Shown: piece by piece, positions 19,468 through 31,400 of the stretch
How positions within the stretch are numbered: the first letter of the stretch is position 1
Layout: each line of letters starts with the position of its first letter
NCBI GenBank assembly: GCA_029259995.1
Contig: JAJDEC010000342.1
Span: forward strand, 1 to 36,276
From: Phycisphaerae bacterium
Lineage (GTDB): Bacteria > Planctomycetota > Phycisphaerae > UBA1845 > UTPLA1
DNA length: 36,276 nt
Direction of reading: 5' to 3'
Translations under genes and position numbers: made by a program
The notes under the pieces: generated by a model
Told to the model about the DNA's origin: nothing
Seen by the model: the letters and a program-made list of their open reading frames with translations, nothing else
Database searches by the model: none

Positions 19468-22400
19468 ATGTTGTCCGAAATGATGAACAAACGAGTCTTT
19501 GGCCGAATGGCGAGTCTCGTCATGGTGTTGACACTGTTGTCGCTCGCATTCGGCGCGTCCCGCCTGATCGCCGCGCCCTACGGCGTTCTGGAAGAGCCCA
19601 AGCCGACAGAGTCCAAAGATAAGGACAAAGAAAAGGACGACGCGCCCAAAGACGAGGACGCAGACGAGGACAAGGAATCCTCGGACGACAAGAAGGACGC
19701 GGACTCCAAGGACGATGCGTCGAAGGACGAGAAAAAGGACGAGAAGAAGGAAGATCTGGACAAAGAGCGCGAGCGCGTTGCCGAAGAGAGTGAAGCCGAG
19801 AAGCAGAAGGCGCTCGACAATCTGAGCAAGACGCCCGGTGGCCAGGACATGAGCGCTGCCGAGAAGGCGGAAATGGAAGCCCAGTTGGAGGCACTCAAGC
19901 AGGCGGCGATCAAGTCCGTCGGAAAGACGCCGCCGCCCGCACCGAAGAAGACGACGATCAAGCCGCAGGCAACGAAACCCGCAATCAACATGGATTCGGC
20001 GAAGAAGCCGGGCACGACGTTCGAGGACACCGAGGCGGGCAAGCGGATCCGTCGAAAGATCGGACCCCGAGGCGGCCTGCCGAAAGTGACGGATGCCGCG
20101 GCCAACGACGAAACGCCGGCTTCCAAGAAGAACACGAAGGGCAATCGTCGCAACCTGATCGACACGAGCAAAGAGAATCCGGAAGTGGATCCGAACTCGA
20201 ACGCCGAGGATGTCGGGGAGCCAAAGACAGCGGAGCAGAAGCGGCAGGAAGCGATCGAAAAAGCCCAGCAGCGCGCCAAGGATCGCCGCGCCGATCTCGA
20301 GTCGAAGCGTCGCGACAAGATGAATGCGATCCTGGATCGGGGCAAGAACGATCGCGACGACAAGAAACCGTCGTCGACGAAGCGGCCCCGCGTCGGAAAG
20401 CGAGGCCGGTCAAAGGTTGACGTCGATGTCGAGGATGCCGCCGACGATGATGATTCGTCGGTTCAATCTCCCATCGGAGAGATTCCGGCCGTGTTCATCG
20501 ATATCAAGATGGCGCCCGCCGCGGATCGTGAGTTCAGCATCAATTACGAAGAGACGCCGTGGATGGATGTCGTGGCGGACTTCGCGCGGATGAGCCGGCT
20601 TCCCTTCGTGCGGAATCTCGATGATGAGATTGAGGGCACGCTGACGTACTTCAGTACGGAAAAGTTCAGCTATGACGGGGCGTTTCACAAGCTCAACGAA
20701 TTGTTGTTCGATCGTCCACTGAACAATCTCGTGATCCAGCGGCTCAACGATCGCATCACAGTCGTTCGAATCCCGGACCTGCTCAAGGCGGTTCCGAAGG
20801 ATCGAATCTTCGGTTCGTTCGCGGAATTCAGGGCGGCGAATCTGGATCCGTATGTTGCGTGTCAGACACAGTATGTGCCGCCTGTCGGATTCACGCCGTT
20901 TCAGATCATCGAGCGCTATCGGCCGCTGTTCAGCGACACGTACGGCGTGAAAATCTCTGATCCGGATCGGCTGGAACTGACGGGATTCGCGAAAGAGCAC
21001 ATCTACTTCGACGAGATGGTTCGCCATCTGACGAACATCGAAAATCCGGACGAAATCGACAAGTACGTCACGATTCAGCTCAACTACGCGAAGGCGAATG
21101 ATGTACTGACGATTCTGCGGCAGTTGTATCCCATTCAAGGGGCCGCGGCACCGCCCGCCAAGCGCGGCGGACGACGAGGTCGTCGGCAACCGCAGGCGAA
21201 CGCAATCGCCCCGGATCTCGAAGATGCGGATGCCGTGAATATCATCACGGAAGCGAAAGCGAACATCCTCTACATCAAAGCCCCCGATTACCTCATGAAA
21301 GAACTCCGGAGCCGCATCGCGGAGCTGGATGTACCGACGGAAAGTCGGCCGGAGATGGAACTCGTTGAGCTGACGTACGCCGATGCGTCGACTGTCGTTT
21401 CCCAGGTCCTGCCGATTTTGCAAAGCATCGGTCCCCGAATAACAAAGAGCCCCGACTTCGTGGCGCCCAAGGAGCAGGCCAAATTCGATGTGACGCTCTT
21501 CCCGAGCGCCAACGGCAACGGCATCGTCATCGTGGGCGGCCGGGAAGGTATCGAGTTCGTTCGGCAGCTTGTTTTGAATCAGTTCGACGTACCGCCCGAT
21601 TGGATCACGAAATCGATCGGCCTTCAGCATCGAGACGCTTCTTACATCGTCGAACGATTGAATGAGGCGATGCCATCTTCCGGCGGCGGCCCAACGGCGG
21701 TTCGCCGCGGCAAGAAGGGCGGTCCCGCGATCGTTGCGACAGTGGACCAGCCGCCGAGCATCACGATTGTGTCAAGCCGAAGCCTGTTCGTCAGTGCGTC
21801 GCGATTCGACCTGGCGATGATCGAGGATCTCGTTCAGAAGCTCGATGTCGTCGATCCCGAAGAACCGAGCGAACACTTCGTGTATGTCAGATGCGCGACG
21901 CCGTCGGAAATCGCAGAAACTGTCCAGCAGATCATGGCGGAAGACAGCACGCCGAAAGTCGCTCAGCCGATTGCGGCGAAGAACGCCAAGGCCAGAGCGG
22001 CGGCGCGTCAGAGGGCGGCGCGAGCCAGTCGCGGTCGCAGCGTCCAGAGCGGCGGTGATGGACCAATGATCATTCCGAATGACGCGGATCAGTCGCTGCT
22101 AGTCTATTGCAGCGATCCAGACTGGATTGAAGTGCAGCGGCTGATCGATCGACTGGAGAGCAATGCCTGCGATGTCGAGCCGCAATGGGTTCAGATCAAG
22201 CTTGAACGGGCGGAGCCGACGGATATCGCGACGTACATCAATCAGATGTTTCCCGCGCCGGGCGGAAGCGCCCAGTCCGTCACAGCGGATTCCTTTAACA
22301 AGACAATCAACATTTACGCGACGCCGATGTTCATCGAAAAGGTTCGGCCGCTCATTGAGAAGATCGACTATACGTCCACTGGCGAACTGACAATCATCAA

Positions 22401-25400
22401 GCTGATGTGGGCGAAGGCCGAGATCATCGCGCCGATCATTCAGCAGGCCGTTCCCGAATCGCAATACGTGTCGCCGACAGCCCGGATCAATGCCGCTACG
22501 GCGAAAACGCGTCGCGGCAAGACGCCGCCCAAGGCGGCCCAGAACCGCGTCGTGCAGTCGGCGGGCGATACGAAGGTTCGCATCGTTGCCGAGCCCGTGA
22601 CGAACTCACTGCTCGTGACGGCGCCGCCGGAGAAGCTGCGCACGATTGAGAATCTCGTCAGCCAGATGGAGGCCGTCGCCGAGAGTCAGCGGCCGGAGAA
22701 GGTCATCGTCAACGTCATCAATCGCAAGGCCGACGAGATCGCGGGCGTGCTTTCCAGCATATTGAACGCGACGCAGGGCGCGGGCGGTAAGGAAGGCGCG
22801 GCGGGCGGTTCCGTGAATCCGACGGATGTCGAGCTCTCGATCACGGCGATCGGCGATCAGCTCATCCTGTTCGGGCCGCAGAATGAAGTCGCCGAAGCGA
22901 TTCAGCTTGTCACGCAGATCGACACGCTGGATGCGATGCCGATCACGCGAAAGGTTCGCGTTTATGACGCGGAAGAGGATGAGAAAAAACTCCGTTCGAT
23001 GCTGGCGCTGAAGGCCGACACAGCAATTTCCGTCAACCAGGCTCCGCAAAAAGGCGGACGTCGCGCTCCGAATCGACGCGCGCCGACAAAGCCGACGGCG
23101 AAGCTGACGGACACGGGCGCGACAGTGTCTGATGTGCAGATCTACGCAAATCCGTACGAGAACACGCTGCTGATCCGCGCGATGCCGAAGGATTGGAAGC
23201 TGATCGAAGAGATTCTGGATGTGATTCGGGATGACGCACCGCCCATTCCCGGCAGCGAAGACTACGAGTCGATGTTCATCGTCAACCTGAAGCACAAGTC
23301 GGCGTGGGATATTTCATACGACCTGGAAGATGTCATCAACATCGAAGGTCGGCGACCGGTTACGTTCAAGGAAGGACCTCGCGACAAGGATCTGATCGTG
23401 ATGAACTTCCGCCCGAGTCAGCGGCCGGAGATCGAGAAGTGGATCGAGATTTATGACGTGCCGAAGGATGGCGGCAAATACGGTTCGGGATATGTCTCGA
23501 TCGACGTCAAGGGCGGTATGTCGGCGCTGGACGCGGCGAGGTTGTTGAAGGCGCGGGCAGGTTCTGAGTTTCCGATCGAGATTGCGGAAATCGGCAGCGG
23601 GAGTGCCGTTCAGACGATTGACATTCACGCTGGCGAAGAGGAAGAGGAGGCAGCGAGTACGGAAGGCAAGCGAACGGATCGTGGCGCGGACGGGCGGCCG
23701 ATCTCGGCGCTGCCGTCGCATATGCTGCCGCTCTGGTTGCGCGACGTCGTGTGTGCCGCAGCGATCGGTCAATCGGAATCGGAAACCGAAAAGGACGACG
23801 GCGCACCGCTCGGCGGGCATCTGGAATCCATCCTGAATCCGCCGACGGATCGCGTGCAGATTTTGACGGATCCGGATACGGGAAAGCTGATCCTGCTCGG
23901 GCCTGAGGAAGAAGTGCAGCGTCTGCGGGACATTCTCGAAGAACTGATGGGCGACGAAAAGACGGAACCCGTCATGCGGATCTTCCCACTGAAGTACGCG
24001 CCTGTATCAGAAGTCGCCGCCAAGCTGAATGAGATCTTCAATAGCCCGGCGCAGCGCACGGTGAATCGTGGCAGAGGAAATCGGGCGCAGCCCCAGCTGC
24101 CCGGTCAGCCAACACAAGCCGGCAAAGGCGACGACAAGAACGCCAAGGGCAAGCAACCGGTTCAGCAGCAGGCTCCGGCGACGCCGGCGCGAATCAAAGT
24201 GATTCCGAACGAGCGAACGAGTTCAGTTGTCGTCGTCGCGCCGCCCAAGGAAATTCCGCTGATCGTCGAAGTGCTTCGCCATCTGGACAGCAAGCGGATT
24301 CTCGACGTCAACATGCGGATGTTCGAGATGAAGAATCTCGACGCTTCGCAAGTCGTTGAGAACCTGAAGGAAGTGCTCGGCATTGAGGATCGTGCCTTGA
24401 CCCGCGCTCCGCAGCGCGGACGCGGCGCCGCCAATCAGCGGGCCCAGCAGCAAGTGCAGATCCAGGGCGACGACGGCGACACGCTTGTCAGCGCTGACAA
24501 AGTCAAGCTGACGGCCGAATCGCAGACGAATACGATCATTGCGCAGGGGCCGCCGGATACGCTCGACTTGATCGAGGGCATCATCAAGGACCTCGAGGAC
24601 AAGACGATCAAGTCGGATGTCGAGATGATGCGGATCGTTCTGCGGAAGGCCCGCGCGAGCGAGATTGCGGACATCGTCCAGAGCCTGATCGACGAGACGA
24701 TCAATAATCAGAATGCGACGCCTGCCGCAGCGCCGCAGCGCGGTCGCGGTCGAGGCCGCACGCCGGCAGCGGCATCCCGTCGCAATGAAAACGTGTCGGT
24801 CCATGCGGATCCGCGGACGAACAGCGTGATCCTGGCGGGACCGGGCGATCAGCTGGAGAAGGCGAAGGCGATTGTTGAGGAACTGGACAACACGGAAGTG
24901 GGTCTCGTGATTCGACAGATTCCCGTCAAGGGCGAGGCGACGGAGATCGCGAATACGCTTCGAACGCTGTATAACGTGGGCGGCCGGCCCGGAGCTTCGC
25001 CGGATGTCATCATCACACCGCTGGATGCGACGCACACGATCCTGATCAAGGCCCCTGAGCCTTTGATGGTTGACATCGAAGAGCAGCTCGCCCTGATCGA
25101 CGCCAAATTTGAATCCAGTGACAAGCTGCGCAAGATTGAGATGAAGTTTGCGAATGCGGAGACAGTCGCAACGCAGCTGTCAGAATTATTCGGTACGGGC
25201 CGAACTTCGCGAGGTTCAACGAATCGTTCCGCCCAGATCTCCATTCGCGGCTACAAGAGCAGCGGCATCATCTACGTGCAGGCGCCCGATGAGGAATTCG
25301 AACGCATCAAGGCGACGGCCGAGGATCTCGACAAGGTCGACACGTCCGTCCAGGTGCATCGCCTCCAGCTCAATCACGCGCCGGCACAGCAGGTCCTGAC

Positions 25401-28400
25401 GAAAATCCAGGCGATGATGGGCGAAGCGATTCGCTCGGGGGCGATGGGGAATACGAATCTCGATTACGTCAGCATGCAGGCCGATCCGCGAACGAATTCG
25501 CTGATCCTTGTCGGCGGACCGACGTCGGCGCTGTTGCTCGGCCAGATGCTGGCGACGATCGACGTTCCCCAGGAAGGGAAGAACGAGCAGGAAACCAAGG
25601 TCTACACACTGCCGCCGACGATCAACGTGGCGGACATCGTTCGCAACATCAACGAGCTGTTTCGGGGCATCAGCCTCACGACGCACGGCGTCGAGCCGCC
25701 CGTTGTGACGCCCAACCAGGGATCGAACCTGATCATCGTTCGCGCCAACGGCAAGCAGCACGAGCAGATCGAGCGCGACGTCGTGAATCCCGTGAAGGCC
25801 GAGGGCGACAAGGGCGTTCGCAAGGACAACATCTATGTCGTCAACAATGCGAAGGCCGTTGATCTGGCCAACGTGCTGACGCGCCACGTTCGCGAGACGA
25901 TGCAGCAGGTGAATCGGCAGTATCCCGTCAATATCGTTGCCGACGAGGGAACAAACCAGCTGATCGTCAACGCGACGGACGAGGACTTCAACAAGATCAG
26001 GCCGATGATCGAGGCGCTCGACCAGGAATCCGGCGAGCGCAGGACGGAAGTCTTCAAGGTTCAGTACGTTTCGCCGTGGAGCATGGCGACGATTATTACG
26101 CAGCAGTTCCGCGGATCGTCGCGAAATCCGAACGATCAGGTCAACGCAAGTTTCGAGGACGGTACGTACAGCATTATTGTCACAGCCAACGATGAAAACA
26201 TGGCGAAGGTGCGCGATCTGATTCTCAAGGCCGATGTGCCGTCGAAGGAGACGATCACTGAATACGTGCAACTCAAGCACGGCCAATCCGACGAAATGCG
26301 CACGTCGATCGACGCGGCCCTGCGTGGTCGCTATCCGTCGGATCGACGGGGGCAGATGCCGTTTAACGTCACGTCTCAGAACCTGTCGAATACGTTGATC
26401 GTCAGCGCCCGCGAAGACATCATGCCGGAGATCCTGGACATGATTTCCAGGCTGGACATCCCCGGCGGCGGCGAGCACATTCGCCGCGTCTTCAAGCTGA
26501 CATTCTCCGAACCGGGATCGGTCTCGCGGATGATTCAGAACCTGTTCCGGCCGACGAGTGGTCGCCCGTCACCGAGAGAACAAGTCAAGAGCTCCGACGA
26601 CTGGGCGACGAACAGCGTCATCGTGTCGGCTGTCGAGTCGAAGATGCTGGAAGTGGAACAGCTGATCAATGAAATGGACCAGCCGGGCGACAGCGTGCGC
26701 ACGGAGCGCGTCATCAATATCGAGAACGCGGATCCGAACGACGTCGCATCGAGCATACAGCAGATTCTACAACAGGCGACGTCAGGTCAGCGCGGTCGGC
26801 AGGCGGCCGTCGTTCGCGCCGTGCGGGGCACGACGAAAATCGTCGCCTATGCCAACGAGAAGGAATACGAGTCGATCAAGTCGCTCGTGGAGCAGATCGA
26901 CATCGAGGGCGGCCGAATCATTCACGCCGTCGTCATTCCCGATCAGGTGCCGGCGCGAACGATCGCGGACAACATCAACAACCTCTTCGGTCGCGGCCGC
27001 CAGGGTGGCGATGCACCGCATGCGGAGTCGCACGAGCCGACGAATACGGTTCTCGTCAGCGCGACGGACGCCGAATTCGAACGCATTCAGGCGCAGTTGA
27101 TCACACCGCTGAGCGATTCGAAGGCGTCGGGGATCTTCAGTATTCACTACATCCCCGTGAAGAATGCGATTGCCGATGAAGTCGCACAGACGATGCAGGC
27201 GTTCTTCGACAAGAAGGCGGGCATCAGCAGCAATCGCGGATTCGGTCGCGGCGGCCGGGGCGGGGGCCAATCCGCCGAGGATCGCGACAATCAGGTCACG
27301 ATCACAGCCGAACCGAACAGCAACACGCTGATCGTCTATTGCACGGAAAAGACCAAGAAGGAAATCGATGATCTGCTCGCCGTGATCGACAGCGCCGATA
27401 CGACGGAAAAACGCGTCGAAATGGTGGCGCTGCAATACGTCGATGCAACGACGATGATTGAGATCCTGACGGAAGTGCTGCGTGTCAGCCGGACCAGTGC
27501 GAAAGAACCGGACGATCGCCCCTGGTGGGCGCGCGACAACGATCGCGACGACGACAAGGATGTCGTGCTGGCGGGCGACACGCGTTTGAAGGCGATCACG
27601 GAAACGAACTCCGTCATCGTTGCCGGAAAATCCGAAGCCGTCGAAGACGCCCTGGCAAAGATCGCGGAGCTGGACAAGCCGGGCGATACCGGCGACACGC
27701 CGGTTCCCATCCGGCTCGTCAACACGAATGCCTCGACGCTCGCCGAGACGCTGAAGCAGGTGTTTGTCGAGAACAACCGCAGTGGTTCGGGCGGCCGGAA
27801 CGGCAAGTCGTCGGGGCCCGAATTGACGATCGTTCCCGATCAGTCGTCGAACACGATCTATGTTCGAGGAAAGTTGTCGGATGTGAACAAGGTCGTCGAG
27901 CAGGCGAGGCAGATGGACTCGGAAGCGAGCGGCGGAGAATCCGGCATCGTGGTCATTCCGATTCCGTTCGGTCACGACGTGACGGACCTGGCCAACATGA
28001 TTGAATCCCAGATCAACGAAAACGAGCAGAATGAGAAGCAGAAGAATCGGAACTACACGCCGGACCTCGTCAAGATCACGCCCAACGCGCGGACGAACGT
28101 GCTGCTCGTGAATGCATCAAAATCGAAGCTGGAGGACGTGAAGCGCGTGATTGAAGATATGCAACAGCAAATGCAGTTCAGGGGCGGCCCCACGCGACGC
28201 GTGCTCAAGATTGAGAACATGACGCCGGAGCAGGCGAAGGAACTGATCGAGAAAGTCAAAGAAGGGCAGCAAAGCAGCGGCTCGAGTGGAAACACGCGGC
28301 GCAGCAATCGCGGCGGTCGTCGCGGCGACGCCAACTGGACGCACAACCGACGATTCGACGATGCGAAGCACAGCGCATCGCCGCGCCGAACCAAGCGCGC

Positions 28401-31400
28401 CGGCACGATGGTTGCCGCATCGATGCCTGTCTTCCTGATGAACGTCGCAATCTCGACCGGCTTTGCACAGTCGGATGCACCGAAGAAGGATGATCGTGAG
28501 CCGCCGCGTTCGATGCGGATTCGACCCCAGCAGCGCGACGACAAGAAGTCGGATACGAACAATGAACCACGGGCGCGAAAGACGGTTGCGTCGGGCCAGC
28601 CTGCGGCGCGAGGGACTCAGCCGCAGCCCGCGGGGAGGGATCCGCGAGATCCGAACGCGGCGACGTCCAATGCGGAGCGACTGATTCGTGAACGCGCCGC
28701 AGCTTCCAGCGGACCGCGGATGTCGGACGAAGTGCTGGAGCAGTTGAGCCGGCGACTGTCAGGCACGGATATCAACGTGATCGAAGCGCCGGACGGCAGC
28801 CTGATTCTGGAAGGCCTGGAGCAGGACGTCGATATCGTCGCCGGCATCATCGAGATGGTCGACCAGCAGACGCCGCTCAAGCAGATTGAGATCGTCATGC
28901 TCAAGAACCAGTTGGCCGAGCCGCTGGCGCAGAAGCTGACAACGGTCTTCAAGACGTTGGAGCCGCCGAATCCGCGACCGATCGACAAGGTGGATTTTCT
29001 GGCGGACCAGCGGACGAACAGCATCTTCATCGCGGCCGCACCTTCGAACATGCAGCGAGCCATCGATCTGGCGCGCATGGCGGACCAACCCTCGAATATA
29101 TCGCGACAGACGAAGTCCTTCGTCTTTCAGAATCGTCGCGTGATGGAAGTCGGTGAGACGATCAAGAAGATTGCGGCGAACTATCTGCGACAGTTGCAGT
29201 TGCCGACGGATCAGATTCAGATCGAGATCGACTCGTTCACGAACCAAGTGATTGTTTCCGCGGGCGAGCAGGACCTGGAATTTGTCGAGACGATCGTCAA
29301 GACGCTCGACATGAGCATCGACGATGCGGAAGCCGCGGATAAGATGAGCGAGATTGGCAAGGCCGACGTCATGGTCGTCCCGCTCCGCATTTCGCAGGCC
29401 CCCACGCTCGCCATCCTGATCAACGAGTTGCTGACGAAGGCCGCGACGGGCGACACGCCGTTGAAGGATTTCATCCGGCGCTTTCGCCTGCTCGACGAGA
29501 ATGGTAATCCCATCGCCGACGTGAATCTGGATCGACCCATCGCCGTGTTCGGCGAGCCGGAGTCGAATTCGCTGATCATTGCGAGCACCAAGGAGAATTG
29601 TCTCGTCGTGAAGCAGATTGCGATGGCTTTCGACAAGGAACCCAGCAAGGCGGCGGTCACGTCACGCGTCTTCACGCTGGCGTATGCGGATGCGACGGAA
29701 GTCGCGACGCAGCTCGATGCACTGCTGACGTCAACGGAGCAGATTACATCGAAGGCCAGCGGCGGCGGCGGTGCGGCCGGCGTGCCCGATGGACCGATCG
29801 GCGCGTTGGTCTACAAGGCCGTTGTGTCGGCGGACGCGCGAACAAACCAGGTCGTCGTCATCGGCCGACCGGAGGCCGTCGAAGCGATGGCGGGGCTCGT
29901 CGAAAAGCTCGACGTCAAGGGTCAGGGCGTGATGCCGTTTGAGATCGTGAAGCTGAATCACGCGAACGCGTCGGGCCTCGCAACGGCGCTGACGGACCTG
30001 ATGGACAAGCGCAAGTTAGCGATGCCGGCGGGCGGCGAGAATTCCGTGAAGAGTGAGACAGTCGTCATCGTGCCCGACGAGCGTTCCGTATCGCTGATCA
30101 TCGCGGCGAAGCGCGAGCGGATCGAGGAGTTGAAGGGCCTGATCGCGAAGCTGGACATACCGGCGACGGCGCTGATCGACAACATCCGCACGCTGACGCT
30201 CAAGAACAGCACGGCGACGGACCTGGCGGCCAAGCTCCAGGATCTGTGGTCGCAGAGCGAGGCGAATCGCGATTCCGCGCAGGGCGGTCTGACGTTCGAG
30301 ACGCCGGCAATCGTTGCCGATGAGCGCAGCAATTCGCTGATCATCGCGGCGAGCGAGAGCGACTTTGATGCGATCAAGTCTGTCGTCGAAAAGATCGAGA
30401 ATCTCGAACTGAACCCGATGTCGGATATTTACATCGTTCGGCTCAAGCACAATTCGGCGGCCGAACTGAAGGGACCGCTGCAGACAATGTTCGACAAGCG
30501 GGCCGAAATGCGATCGCTCCAGGAGCCGCGGCCGGAGGACAAAGTGTCCATCGAGTCGGATCCCGTGAACAACGCGCTGATTTTCGTGGCGTCGCGCGAG
30601 AATCACGAGTTGTTGATGCAGAAGATTGCGGATCTGGATCAGCCGATCGGTGCGATTCCCGTTGTCGAATTCTTCAAATGCGAGAATGTGTACGCAGATA
30701 CGGTCAAGGAAGCGATCGAGAATTTCGTCGAGAATGCTTTCCGCCCCGGTACCGGTGGCGACAGCAGCGTTCTGACGGAGCGGAACAAAGTTGCCGTTGT
30801 AGTCGACAGCCGGGCCAACATGCTGATCGTCTCGGCGAGCCCGGAGAACATGGAAGTCATCCGTCGAATCTACAGCGAGATGAACGACATCCGAAGTCCT
30901 TGGACGCCTGTCCACATTCAGATTGTCGAGTTGAAGAACACGGAAGCGAGTCAGCTTGCATCGAAAGTCGAGACGTGGCTTGAGCAGTTGAACACGGACG
31001 TGCAGTCGGGAACGAGCGGTGGTGGCGGTTCGCAGAACCAGTTCGCCGTGCGCGTCATTGCCGACACGGTTCGCAACTGGCTCTTCGTCGGCGGCACGCG
31101 CGACGGCGTTCGCCAGGCGATGGACTTCATCGCCAAGTACGATCAACCGATCGATCCGAACGTGGGGCCGTTTGTCAGCGCCGAGGTATATCCGCTCAAC
31201 CAGGCGAAGGCGAGCCAGGTCGGCGAGATGCTTCGCAACATCTTCGACGCACGAAATAATCAGTCAGGGACGGGCGATGCGGCGATGCAGCCGATTCCCG
31301 TGACTGTCGAAATCAACGAGCCCGGGAATTCGCTGTTGATTAATGCGTCGCGGCAGGATCATCTCATGGTCACGGGATTGCTGGCCCGGCTTGATGTGCC

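Noticed and set aside
20410-31146. Several long antisense ORFs inside the secretin gene: 20410..21630, 22606..23295, 24223..25035, 25216..26478, 26782..27975 and 30016..31146, all on the minus strand and 229-420 aa each.
   Set aside because: Their translations are Arg/His/Asp-rich, lack hydrophobic-core periodicity and lie exactly antisense to a frame with clear domain homology. Long antisense ORFs are expected in high-GC coding DNA because stop codons are depleted.
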